Shown here piece after piece: positions 10,665 through 23,370 of a DNA stretch of 64,000 nt (position 1 is the first letter of the stretch; each line of letters starts with the position of its first letter). The notes under the pieces were generated by a model that ran no database searches, was not told where the DNA came from, and was given only the letters and a program-made list of their open reading frames with translations. The stretch is from Schizochytrium sp. TIO01. Its lineage: Eukaryota > Protista > Bigyra: Labyrinthulomycetes. The stretch covers positions 310,001-374,000 of the forward strand of contig SMSO01000008.1 in NCBI GenBank assembly GCA_004764695.1, given 5' to 3'. A program made the translations under genes and the position numbers.

Positions 10665-12581
10665 ATGGACTCTGTGTGGGGTGAGGAGGATGACCTGGTG
10701 CTAGCTGAGCTGGCCGAACTGGACGCCCTTATCTCTGGTAACCCAATCTCTGCCGTTGACTCAGATGCCTCTTCATCGGCAGCTGGGAGCGGCGCAGGTG
10801 GTAGCTTCGTCAAGGTTGAGCACACTCAGGACCCCAACAGCGCCTCTGCTTTGAGAGCGACTCGCGTTGGAGTAAATGGAGGAGTTCGAGCATGCCCCGG
10901 CGAAAACCCAGCGTCCAACTTCGGTATTGGATCAAGTCATGGTTACGATGTTGACCTCGACCCAGTAACTGGTAGTAGCCATAGAACGATTCTACACCAG
11001 AATTCTGCACCAACGGAGCGTGAAAATACAAGTCTTGCACGTGGGAAAACAAAGAATACGCAAACTCCTCCGCCTGCCAAGAAGAGCACAAGTACTGCAG
11101 AACCAGGGCCCAAATCAGTTTCAAAAGCAGCTCTAGCAGCATCAGGTTCTGATGCTGATTCCTTTGGAGTCGATGTAAAGAAGTCGAAAGCTAGTGTGGG
11201 CAATTATGATGATGATGATGACGATGATGATGATGACGATGAAGATGACGATGAAGACCAGGGCTCGAAGAAGAAGAAGAAAACGAAGCAGCCAAGTGCG
11301 GATGCCAAGGCTCGTAGACGTAACACAAATGCAGAGGCGTCTAGGCGTAGTCGACTCAAGCGCAAGGCAGTGATGGAGAAGCTTCGTGAACGAAATGATG
11401 AGCTTGAGCAGGCGCGGAGTCTGTACCTTGAGCGAATTGCAGAACTTCAGCTTGAAGTTTCGACGCTTCGTCATGCAGGAAGCATCGACGTTGCTCGCGA
11501 AAACGAGTTGCTCCGTGCGGAGATCCGGAAACACAAAATGTTTATTTCTAGTATAGTTAGGGCCACTCGTCAAGCACCACAAATGTTACTGGAGGAGCGC
11601 GTACGCTTGCTCAAGAATGGCATTGATAGCACACTTGGCCAAATTGTTGGCCTTATTCATACGTCTACAGATTGGCAAGAACATCACTTTACGTCTCCAG
11701 CGCCTCAGCATGATATCAAGTACCGGTTCACATACCAATTTCTACCTGAAGGAGCGCGCGGGGAGGAAGTGAAGCGGATTAATATGCGTGTTGAAAGCTT
11801 CTTTCTGGACTTGGAGGCAAAGTCCGTAGCAGACGGACTTTGGGATGATAAATTGGCTGAGTCATGGCAAACGAGGAAAACAATGAAAAATTCTGAAATT
11901 GACGGCGTACAGCGAGAGTGGAAGACTTTTTTCTCAGAAGAGTTTGAGGAGGCGCTCAATGAGCTCGGTGAGCATCTTGATATTTCTACTTACGCTGAAG
12001 CGACTGAAAATGAAGATGGTAGTGTAAATAAGATCCGTGCTCTCTTCGCACGGACATATGCATGGCGAAGTCTTGTTCCCTCAGCCTTTTTTGCTACGGC
12101 AGAGTCCTCAGAGATCGACATGAATGAGGTTCGGGAGTCTATTACAGACGGGGTGTCAGCTTGTCCAATTATTGCCACAAGTGAGTTCTCAAAACAATTA
12201 GAAAAGGCACAGATCACTGTGCCACAAGACCATGATAACAACAACGAAGAAATCCGCCGGGTTGATACATCAGTGATGCACGGGCATGTGCTCATTCCAG
12301 CTCTTGATAGCTCAGGGTGTCCTCGAAGCCACCACATAAGTGTCATGTCGCTTCCGGTGGGTTACTTTGCCGGCTCCAAGTCAATCGAGACAGCTGCAAC
12401 GAGCGACGGTGGACTCACAGACTCATTTGCACGATATTTCCTCGATGATTGCCTATTGCTACTGAAAGAAGTCCATTCAGTAGCCTCAAATTCTCTTAAT
12501 CCCCGACCCACATCATATAGCACCCCAGGTTCAAATGGTACCGGAACATCTGGGGACACTGGGCTCGGCTTAACCAATTAG
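10665..12581 (+). CDS. bZIP + conserved C-terminal (START-like) domain protein, paralog A
   Basis: ATG in CACCATGG context (an in-frame ATG at 10551 is an alternative). N-x7-R-x9-L signature NAEASRRSRLKRKAVMEKL (~11328), leucine heptads and ENELLRAEI. Family C-terminal motifs EERVRLL...QIVGLIHTS..W, LP..EVKRINMR and GHVLIP...HISVMSLPVG...DGGLT. Confidence 0.9.
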   Translation: MDSVWGEEDDLVLAELAELDALISGNPISAVDSDASSSAAGSGAGGSFVKVEHTQDPNSASALRATRVGVNGGVRACPGENPASNFGIGSSHGYDVDLDPVTGSSHRTILHQNSAPTERENTSLARGKTKNTQTPPPAKKSTSTAEPGPKSVSKAALAASGSDADSFGVDVKKSKASVGNYDDDDDDDDDDDEDDDEDQGSKKKKKTKQPSADAKARRRNTNAEASRRSRLKRKAVMEKLRERNDELEQARSLYLERIAELQLEVSTLRHAGSIDVARENELLRAEIRKHKMFISSIVRATRQAPQMLLEERVRLLKNGIDSTLGQIVGLIHTSTDWQEHHFTSPAPQHDIKYRFTYQFLPEGARGEEVKRINMRVESFFLDLEAKSVADGLWDDKLAESWQTRKTMKNSEIDGVQREWKTFFSEEFEEALNELGEHLDISTYAEATENEDGSVNKIRALFARTYAWRSLVPSAFFATAESSEIDMNEVRESITDGVSACPIIATSEFSKQLEKAQITVPQDHDNNNEEIRRVDTSVMHGHVLIPALDSSGCPRSHHISVMSLPVGYFAGSKSIETAATSDGGLTDSFARYFLDDCLLLLKEVHSVASNSLNPRPTSYSTPGSNGTGTSGDTGLGLTN

Positions 12582-15219
12582 TGGTTGAGCCTGCCGTTGA
12601 GATTTAGGGGTTACAAACCTCAAGAAGGCATCGCGAATGGATGCGTGAAAGTTGAAAGCGAAAGCGCAACTTGGTTTCCTTTTTTCTCTGGAAGTTCTGT
12701 CGTGCCGTTCTTATATGCTAAGAACCTCCTCCCCTCAATTCTACCCAATCGGGGAGAGGATTAAGGGGTTCCACTTATCAGTGCCGCTCCTCTGTTTCAA
12801 TGGTGCATGTAAAGCTTGTGTGCTTTGTTGAACCTGAGGAACTTTGGGCGCTAAGTTGAAGTTTACACGTTTGACGGTCATTGTAGTGCGCGTCTTACTC
12901 TAGCCTTACTCTAGCTAGGCACACTATCATGGCAGAAAGAAAGGTCATACTGTTTATGGCGGCGATATTGGACGTAGCAATCAGAAAGATGCCTTGAAGT
13001 TGATATCAGTGTCTTCTTTCTGCGTTTCAGGGTACTACTCGATTAACTTCATTGTCCTCGATCATTTTTTGGTTACATTTCCTCTGTTGTTATTTTCCTC
13101 TCTCGTTCCATGACGTTAATTCTCTGATATCATAGCTTAACTCTAGATTGATCATGTAAAGACGCTCAAGTTTTCAAAGTTCTGAGCACGTGCGTCTTTT
13201 TTTCTTATTTGATATAAGAGCAATGAGCGCTATTGAAATTAACCTATTTTCGCGCTCATTGCTTAATTTTTTTTCTGTCACTTCCGGAAGCTCGTGCCTT
13301 ACTATTATATGATAACCAAAGTACTCTATCTATATACTTTCAATAATTTCTGATCTACTATCTAAGTTTTCGCAAGTTGCTCTCTAGAGAAAACTCTCAC
13401 TCATCTTGCGTGTCAAAAGTTTCGTAGTGGTACCTAGCAAATCTTGTTTCTGCGAGTAGGTGGGTAGGTAGTGCGCTCTTGTTTGTCTCCCAATTAGTAA
13501 CTAGTACTCCTCTTCCCAGCTTTCATTCTTCTCAGGCATGTCTTCGGGGTGTGCACAAAATAAGCTTTCCTATTCAACTTGTAACTTGAACTCAAAGCAA
13601 TGTCTTCTTTCCGTCGCACTGTAAATCTTCACTTGTGTTGAACATAAGCGAGTCTTGTTGATCGCTGACTAGTTCCTACGTAGGTACTCCCTCCCTCTTC
13701 AACTAGCTACTGGAATGGCTCGTCTCTCCGCCAACCAATATTATCACAAACATACCTGAGGCTGTCCATCATAGCAGCTAAAACCAGTTCCCTGGCTTCT
13801 TCTACCTACTAGCTAGTATCAGATGCAGGAGATATCTTCCCTACTTTCGATGGATTGATAGATGGGGTAACTTTCTTTTCGACCTCGAAAGTGCCCGGAG
13901 AACCTCAACAAGTTCCAATACCCAGTACTAAGTAGGTAGGTACCAGCGCTATCCGAAGGCCTACATACATTTGTAGTGGTTCTTGCTTGGCGAGGAAGTT
14001 CTTCTTGGCCATGCATCCTGCAGCTACTTTCCAGGCACAGCTAATTCCTCCTCGTTGCACGTGGCATTTCCGCCGACCAACCGCGGTGAATCGAGTCATC
14101 AAGCCCAGGAGCGAGCGCTCCAGTGAACCAATCTCCAGGCCGGCCTGGCCTGTCCCTCCCTATTTTCACGACCGTCGACTGCCCTGCTGCAAGTTGCTTC
14201 GTAGCAGCAGTGGTGCTACTACTACGTCCTATCTCGTCAACGGCTCGTGCGTGTGGTTTCGTTTCGCATGATGGCACCTCGCGAGCTCAAGAAGCCTGTC
14301 TGTACCCGGATTTCCACCCCCTTCCGCCCAAATGATGAGGACCTGCCGCTTCATGCCATGCCACTCCAGCTTCAAGTTTCAAGCCTCAAGCTTCACCCCG
14401 GCAGGCAGCGAGGGAGAACTAAGACAGCGGCTGGCACGCTTTACGAACTAGTAGCATCGCAGAAGCCGCTTTGGCGAGCTACGTCGTCATAGACCGAGGT
14501 TCAGGACGACGTCGGGTACTTTTCAGCTCGCACCTCTAAAACTGCCAAGACGTCCACGGTCACGACGCCCAGCACCACGGTTTCCGCTCCTGCTTCCCGG
14601 CGAGCTCTCCTTCTCCTTCTTCTTCTTCTTCTGCTGCTGCTGCTCGTGCCTTCTGTCTAAAGCGCCACGCCACGCCCTCTCCAGCAGTCCCGCGCCCTTC
14701 TCCTCGAGCTCTTGCGGAGATCCTCGCTCCCAGGACTTCGAATTCCTCTTCTTCTTCATTCATTCATTCATGATATCTATCTATGAACGTATGTATGTAT
14801 GTATCTAATATGTATGTATGGATGTATTTGAATATCCACGCATCCATGCATCTTTCTTCGCATGCACGCACGGCCCTGCGCCTGCCTGCGCGCCTTCTCG
14901 CGGCCCAGCGAGCGCCCCCTCGGCCGGGAGCGAGCTCCGCCGCCTCAGGCAGCGAGCGAGCGCAGCCATCATCGCCAGACAGCGCCGTTCCCGCGAGCGA
15001 GCGAGCTCGCTCGACCCTTCGAAAGAAAGAGCTCTGCGTGCGAGATTGTAAGAACGTGGCGCAAATCTTTTTACGGACCAGCTAAACATTTATTTATTTC
15101 ATTTATTACATTTAGTTCATTTATTTCATTTATTTCATTTATTAGTTCCCTCTTCCTTTCTGTCGCCTTCCTCTAGGCACTAGGAGGCGCTAGGCAGCCC
15201 TACTGGGAGCTAGCTCCCG

Positions 15220-15259
<40 letters not shown>

Positions 15260-15454
15260 TTGGGGATCTTCTCTCAATCTCTCTCTCTCTCTCTCTATCT
15301 TCCGCAGCATTGGGAAGTTCTGCCTGAGACACCCTGCGAGGGTCTCTCCGGAGGCAGCTGGATGGATGCATTGGGGAGGAAACAACATTTGTTAGTTTAT
15401 TTTCCATTTGGGAAAGAAGGGTTTTACTTTGTTGCAAGATTTTGGAATCAATGA

Positions 15455-15500
15455 AAAGTAAAGTAAAGTAAAGTAAAGTAAAGTAAAGTAAAGTAAAGTA
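15455..15500. repeat. (AAAGT)n microsatellite
   Basis: About 9 tandem pentamers, read directly. Confidence 0.9.
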
Positions 15501-17119
15501 GACAATTCGAACAGGTATTACTCTAGTCTACTCTGCTCTGCTCTACTCTTTCGTTCGTTCTTTCTCTACACTTCCGCAAAATCATCGTCATCGCCGTGCA
15601 TGCAGCATTGGTATACATAGGGAGAATGCAGATACACATGCAATTCATGCCAAGCAACGGCGGGGCCGGAGAGGAGGCTGAAAAGGAGGCGGTAAGCGAG
15701 GCTTTTGCAGAGCTTGGCCAGGGTTTTGAGGCTTTTTCTTCTTTTTCTTCTTTTTCTTCTTCTTTTCTAGTCCAGATGTTACTAAAACTGAAGGTGGATT
15801 AAAAAAAAAAGAAAAAGAAAAAGATGAATAGGATAATAATGTTTACAAAAACATAAGAGGGTTATTATTCATTCCTTTTGGGCACTATCTGTAGAAGTAA
15901 GTAGTTCATAAAAGAAAGGCCAAAGAAAAGAGAAAGAAAATGTTTTAATTTAATAGTTTTCTTATATAATTCAATTCGATTGCCCTTGAGAGGACTTGAG
16001 GAGAAGAAGGATAATGGTTTAAAAGCGCCTCAGGCAAATGGCAAGCGTGAACAATACAAGCAATTTAGTCCTTGCAGACTTCAGGCTCCTGCTTTGATAA
16101 ATCAATCAAAGGCTAAATTATAATGAGTGGGGGCTAGCAATGAGTTTATCGTATTGCTTTACTTCGAGTTGGTCTTCCTAAGTAGGTTCTGCCTAAGAAT
16201 TTCGATTCCAGCTCTTTAAAATGCTTACAGAAAGGTTGCCACGGAATCCAAAACCCACGTCGAAAAGTTCGCAAGGAGGATCTTTTCGATCCAGAGGAAA
16301 GCCACAAGCCCTGATGCGACCAAAACTCTTGCCAGATAGCTTTTCTTCTTGCTTGCAGGTATTGTCGATATCGAATTTGCATTTACTCGGCATTCGACCT
16401 CCTTCGTTTCGTGTAATTCGCCACATCAGCTGCTTCCTTTCCCGCGAGGATAATCGTCATGAAGATCGATAACTTCTTTAGAACATCTCAGCATCCCACT
16501 TTATACTATCTGCGAAGCTGTTTCGTGTCTATATCCGAAGCTCGAAGACTCGAAGCTTGTTCGTTTCCAGCTTTTTCTTTTTTATTTTACTCTCCACAGA
16601 AATAAAAGATTAGCGAGCAAAACGAACGTAGTAGATCAACAAAAGTAAAATGTAAAATACACCAGCTACCTAGGTGCTATGTTACTCCTACTTCCTTTTG
16701 TTTACCTTCAAAAAAACGAAAGATAGATAGAAAGAAAGGAGCAAAGATCCTCGTTTTAACCCAAGGAAGTAGGCGCATCGTCATGAAGGAAGATCCGCTC
16801 GATGCTACCATGGGCGCAAGTACTAAAGTAAAGCAAAGCAAAGCAAAGAAAACCAGCCTTCTTTCTGACGTTGGCCGTTTCGTCCATGTCCGAGATATCT
16901 ATCATAATCCACACACTGGAGAACGCGCCATGACCAAAGGCGGCTTCTGGAGGGCCCGCGGGCAATTGAAAAGGAAAGCCCACAGACGTTCATTTATTCA
17001 CCTCACCACTTCTTTTAGCAAACAGAACAAATGTGCTTGGAAAAAAGGCGGTAAAAAGTTCATCTCTCAATGAGAATAGGACATTATAGCTAGCCGCTAT
17101 AATGTGCTTCGGAAATGGT

Positions 17120-17240
17120 TTTGTTTGTTTGTTTGTTTGTTTGTTTGTTTGTTTGTTATTTGTTTGTTCAAGTTTGTTTGTTCTTTGTTCAAGTTTGTTT
17201 GTTTGTTTAATATTTGTTGAAGTTTGTTTGTTCAGTTTAT
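17120..17240. repeat. Degenerate (TTTG)n tract
   Basis: Read directly; interrupted by TTCAAG units. Confidence 0.85.
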
Positions 17241-20200
17241 TTGTGAAACTGAGACGTTTTGCAAATCGAATCGAAGAAGCTTGCAAAGCCTGCGGCGTTC
17301 AGGATATCATAGGTTCAGGAGAGCTTATCAGTGGTTGCATCCACGCCTCGGCACGCTCTTGAGGAAGCCGCCTGCCCCATTAATAACGAAGCGGTACCGG
17401 GCGCTTGGCTGCATACCCACGAAGAACGAAGAGGCCTCTCAATCATTCATTCTACTCACTGCTACTTCTTCTTTGTTCTTTCCCCATCATAAACATATCA
17501 TCATTCAAGTTGTTTATTTTCTTTCTTATTTTTCTTGGGTTAAATAAAATGTATTCATGAAACAGAATAAACGACAGGCAGGCAGGTAGGTAGGTTAGGC
17601 AAACTGCTACTGTGACTTTTCTTTCTTCTTTTTCTTTCTGCTGGATCTCAAGCGTTGCATTTTCGAGCTGGCAAAGCCCTTTCTGGAGCCCTGCAGTGCC
17701 CAGATTTGCCTCGAAGGCCTTCTCAGACCTAACCGGCTATCGAATATCTGGAAGGACCCGACTTGGCGGCGTTAAATTTACCACGCGCCACACAAGGGTC
17801 AAGCGATGCTTTTCCTCTGGATGCGCAAAATAGTTAAAAACAAACAAATATACAAACTCAAACAGACAAATAACAAACAAACTTGAGCAAACAAATACTA
17901 AACAAACAGAAACCAACAAACCTCGTAATTTCCGAATCAGAACGAATGAATGATTCGTTCTTTCACCCACCATCAAAACTCACGTTCATCCACCGCACCG
18001 CCTCGAGACCGTGGCGGCGGGCCTTCCCTCGACACGGGTCTTGGCGTCGGTGCCTAGAGTGCTCAACTGTCACTTGTTCATTTCTTCGGGTGTGGGTTCT
18101 AGCCGTGGTCCATGCCCATATCGAACCGGGCCAGGCACAGACGGATCCATGCACCCTTCTGTGGTGCGCCAATCTCATTCTCGACTCATGCATTCATGCA
18201 TTCATCCATCCATCCATCCATCCATTTGTTCATTCATACATTTCTCCAGAGCTCGCCTCGGCGGAGTTGAGCTGCGCGGCTGAGCACCTTGGGGTTTGCT
18301 TGTTTGCTTGTTTGCTTGTGCGACGATCGTTCACGATGATGGCGGCGATCTCGTTTGTGGCCACGCACGGTCTCAATGAGACTGTACCTAGCTAGAAAAT
18401 AATAATAATAATAATAAAATACAAAAACAAATAAATAAATAAGTAAATAAATAAATAAATAGATAAATAAATAAATAGAAAGTACTAGCGTATGCCACCA
18501 AGTTACCTCGTGCGTGCTGCGTGCGTGGGTGCGTGCGTGGGTGCGTGGATCTCTGCGACCAGAGCAGCTCCGGCGCCCGCCAAGGCCTCGTTGGGAAGGT
18601 CGAAGCGCCTGCGCCCCGCCCACATCGTCAAAGCCGATGAAGAGACCGCGCGGGGGCCCAGATGACGGGCTTCTGACGCCGCAGAATCCGGCCACGAGCG
18701 CTTCGGCTCACGAGACAACGCTAGCTGGCGTTACCACAGTCCTAGTGACCCCCACTTCAAGGAGGACAGCAAAAAGACAGGTTCTGTGTTGTTGGCCTTT
18801 CGCGCAGTTAGAGCAGGCGAACCGGCAGAGTCCTGGGGGGAAAGGGATAGCTCTCACTGCCCTTCTTACTTCCCCTGGAGTTGCTGCTCGCCGCGGATTT
18901 CCCACGGGCCAACCGAATAAGCGGCGAGATCGTACACGTCGTCCGCCTCGTGACACGCTTTTCGCCTCAGAATCGAAACAAATTACAGGGCCTAAAAGGT
19001 GTTGCAATCCAATGGTAAGTTCTCATGGGCAGAAGTAGATCTCGAGTTCTGGGGTGGTGGCCAGATTTGTCCGCCTAGGTTGGAAAGTACTGATTCTTTA
19101 GGCACAGGTACGTGTTAGGTAGGTATTTACTACTGCTACTATTACGAGGCTTTAGAAAATCGAAACAGAAACCGAAGATGGAAATGCATTCTTCGGGTTC
19201 TTTCGGAAAAGGTTAACTTAAGGTAACTACTGTATTTTTATCCCCTCCCAAGAGGGAAATAAGAGAGAGAGAAAGTCTAATTCCCAAAAGTTTGTGCTCT
19301 GAAAAGAATAGTTGAGGAAATGGATGAAAAGGTGCAAAAGAAATGCCCATTTCTTCCTTGCTATACAGCAAAATGCCCCGTAGTACTAACAATACAAAAA
19401 TTACATTTATAGTACTTTTTTTTAATTTTTAAAATTAATTTTATTTTTAAGGTCAAACAAATAACTCAAATAATCATGGGAATTAGTACGAAGAAAGGAA
19501 GAAAAAGAAGAAGAAGAAGAACGAATGGAATAGCGTGAAGGAAAGAGACCATGAAGAAGACGAGACGGAGGCGGAGATGAGCGCCGCACGACGGGGCGAA
19601 CCTGCTCAGCGAACGCAAGGACGCCCACCGTGCAAACTGGTCGTGACCGCCTCGCAGACACTGATGCGGCGGATCGTCAAGTCACTGGGTACTTCCACTC
19701 CCCTGCCTTGGTTGGCAGGAGGTCTGGCTGGATGAAGAGAAACAAGCGCAACGTCAACTTGCACGGATGTCGTCCTCGAAGGAGCACCAGCAAGACAGCA
19801 AGACAGCAGAGAGACCGGCCAAAGATCGACGGCCTGCCCAAGAGCACTACCGCATCGAAGAGTGAGTGGAGTGTAGAGGAACTTGGACGTCCACAACGTC
19901 AAGTTCAAGTTAGAGTTGAAGTTGAGCTTGAAGTTGAAGTGGAGCTTGAAGAGTTAAACTGGAATGGCACGTTAAATCTCCACTTCTTCAAGCTGAGACC
20001 AGAATGTTTGTTTGTTTGCTTGCTCTGCGGCCTTTGAAAGCGGCTGTGTAATTCGTATCAATCTCGAAACTCCGACTTCATTGCGCAGGAGACTTGGACC
20101 GAAGTGAACTGGTGGACTTATAGCTCAGCGATGATCTGCTTTGGGAATCGAATGACTCGATCATCAGAGTTCTCCGTTTCAGAAGCTACCTTATACTATA

Positions 20201-20711
20201 CTAGTGTCCTAACCTGTTGGGTTGTGAGTGTCAATATTATATTTTATATCTCCATTTTAAAAATTAAATAAATGATCTACAATGAAAACAAAAACAATTA
20301 AAACTTTGTAATTATTTAAAGGCGTATATTCATAAAGAGGCGTTTTGGAACGAGACCACTTTTATTTAGGACAGAAGCAAAATCATCTTCAGGAATGAGG
20401 GAAAAAAGAGAAAAGAAATAGGGCCCACGGTTCATCGAATCGAGGTTCGCCATCCAAACAGTCGAACAAACAGTCCCTCCTTTCAAGCACACACCTGCCA
20501 GGGCTCGTTTTAATCTCAACCCGGTCTGTTTCGTCTCCTGCGTATGCGACGAGCGTTCTCAACTCCATTCGCTCCCCATGTCTACTCTTCAATCTTCGTC
20601 TGCCTTGTTTCTCCCTCATTTATTTCATTTCTTCTGTTTCTCTGGTTGTTCTTAGTTTCTTTCCTTCTTTCTCATTTCTCAGGCGCATTACCATCCACAC
20701 TCATGAAAGGG

Positions 20712-20845
20712 TCATTCATTCATTCATTCATTCATTCATTCATTCATTCATTCATTCATTCATTCATTCATTCATTCGTTCGTTCGTTCATTCATTCGTT
20801 CGTTCATTCATTCATTCGTTCGTCCATTCATTCATTCGTTCGTTC
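20712..20845. repeat. (TTCA)n/(TTCG)n microsatellite
   Basis: Read directly. Confidence 0.9.
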
Positions 20846-22412
20846 GGAGATTCGGACATCTATTTCCGTGGGTGGGATTGGAATAGAAGGAAGGAAGCAA
20901 TGAATGCTCAATCAATCGATGAGGATACAGACTAACAGATCGAACGAACAGCAGATTGAATGAAGCGCCACTTTGTGGCTTTGCTCTCAACTTCGATCCT
21001 TCGAAGCCCGCACAATTGAACTAATTGATTGATTGATTGACTGATTGATTGAATTGATTGAGTGATCGTTTGATTTTTGGCCGACCTGAATGGATGAGGC
21101 TAATAGGCAATGGATGCAGAAACAAACACACAGACCGAGGAAACCATATGCTCGAGGAGGAAGCAACGACGCTGTCCATGGTCGCCTTCATTGGCTCACC
21201 GATCGAGCGTCGCGTGCGTTGTAGCTACCTAGTAGGTCTTCATTCATTCATTCATTCCTTCATTCATTCCTTCATTCATTCATTCACTGTTCCTTCATTC
21301 CGGATTGGCGTATATGATTTAAGTGACACTTATGTACTATGATAAAGGAAGGAAGGAAGGAAGGAAGGAAGGAAGGAAGGAAAGAATGGATTTGTAAATG
21401 AGCGACGCAAACAAAGGCGAGAGGACGACAGGCAGACAGACAGACGGTCAACGTTGCTGGCGATGCACGAGAGCCCTCTCCAACGCCGCCGCGCCTTCGT
21501 CGACAGGGTTTCGAAGGGGCCACGGTCACAGGGTCCATCTCCACCTCACGCTCTCGTAAGAGATCCTATTCGTTCATCTTCACTCCTCCATGAACGCATT
21601 TTGTTGTTGAATAAATAAGCTATGAACGAATAAGTAGATTGATGTGCTGACTTCGAACCACCGTGTGATGAGTGAGACATGCGATGTTTCCTAATAAGTA
21701 AATGAATCAACGAATATCAATAAACCAATAAACCGAAACTCCTGCAAAACGAAGCACATTGCGAAAGAAAGCCCGAAAGCTCATCCACATTGAAGGTTCC
21801 GGCCGATGAGCTATTATTATTTTCAGAATATTAAAACCTGTACATCAATAGATAAACAGACGTTGATAAATAAATACAGTACCTACCTACCCCGGTCAGC
21901 TAGCTAGACACTAGCACCTGCCCAGAAAGAAAGAAAGAAAGAAAAAGAGAGAGAGAGAAGTAGACAATGAATGAATGAATGAATAGTGAATAGTGAATGA
22001 ATGCTATCCAAGTAAGAATAAAACGTTTACAAGAAATACCTTTGTTTACAGAGCTGTGGCAATCAGTGTTACGAGTCCGGTATCTACCTCGCAAGAAAAG
22101 ACGCATGGACTGCCCTGTGCAGAGACCGACGCGGCGGCCAAAGAATTGAATTAGAGGCCATCGGCTGAGAGAGTGCACTATACTAAGGATTCATTGGCGA
22201 GCGATGAATGGGATGGACAGAGAGACTGCGGAAGTGAGCAAGTTCTTTATTTAAAAAAACAAAATAAAAAATCAGTGATGATAATTATAATGTGTAGAAA
22301 GAATGTCGCATTGTAATATGTGAGCACTTCTAGTTACTATGTGTTTCTGTGTATTTCAATTTCAATCTGTTCTAAATGTTATTATATAAATAAGTAGAAT
22401 TTACAACACATT

Positions 22413-22416
<4 letters not shown>

Positions 22417-22448
<32 letters not shown>
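22417..22448. repeat. (AT)n microsatellite in a very AT-rich block
   Basis: Read directly. Confidence 0.9.
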
Positions 22449-22452
<4 letters not shown>

Positions 22453-23370
22453 TTTATTTAAATTATATTATATTAAAAAAATTAATAAGAATTATAAAGG
22501 GAGTTCGTCTTCTTTGAAAAACAATTTCTTCCTTCAAGTCACAACTTGGGAGGAAGAATTACTAAAATTGAACTGACCATAGGCACTTTGAACCAGATAA
22601 TTTAAATTTAGTTTTTCCTTTCCTTTCCTTTTTTATTTGATTTGTTCTACAACTAAATTGACTTTTAAAAGTACTATTTAAGAAGAAAAAAGGAGCTGAG
22701 TGATGTAGTAAAGTTGATAAGTGAGAAGAAGAGTGAACGCGAGAGAGATAAAAAGAAAAACCTCCGCGTGCCGCAAAGCCGGAACTGTCCCGAGGCGGAC
22801 TCTACGCGAGCGGCAGCAACGGAGGACCTGTTAGGCGAGCCAACTACAGTACCATCCTAGTGGATAGCCTCCCCTGGTGCTTGGTTGGTCGTCAGCCAGA
22901 GCCACTTTCCTCAAACTTTCATTCGAACACTGCAAAATTCACACGGTCGACGGTATATACTTGGAGCAGTGGTCACCGGCTTGAACGAAACTTCAACGCG
23001 TGACAAATACTCGCGTTAGGAATATCTCGAAGGGTGTTCATATCCTCATCAGGGAGTTGACGTGTGCACATCCACCTGCCTTTGATTCTTGCAATAATCC
23101 TTGACCTGGAGGACGTGCACGAGCTTGGGAGCATAAAAACGTCTCGAAAAATTGAGCTTCTTTGGTGCAAATCAGTCTATCTTCAAGGAGCGCTGACGCC
23201 CCCTATCCTTCAGGGAGTTTTGCGCGCACATCACAAAGGTCAAGTTCTGCGAGAGTCTTGAAAAATTTCAAGGAACACGAGCATAGACTTTGTAGTATTG
23301 CATAACAAGGACGACGTCGTCCAGATCTCCAAGACCCTTGGCCGGGTTCAACGAGGCCTTCTGCGGTGAT

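Noticed and set aside
23064-23261. Possible lost N-terminal exon of paralog B (ILDLEDVHELG...)
   Set aside because: Only a vague resemblance to the F/G/H N-termini, with no ATG and no clear splice sites.
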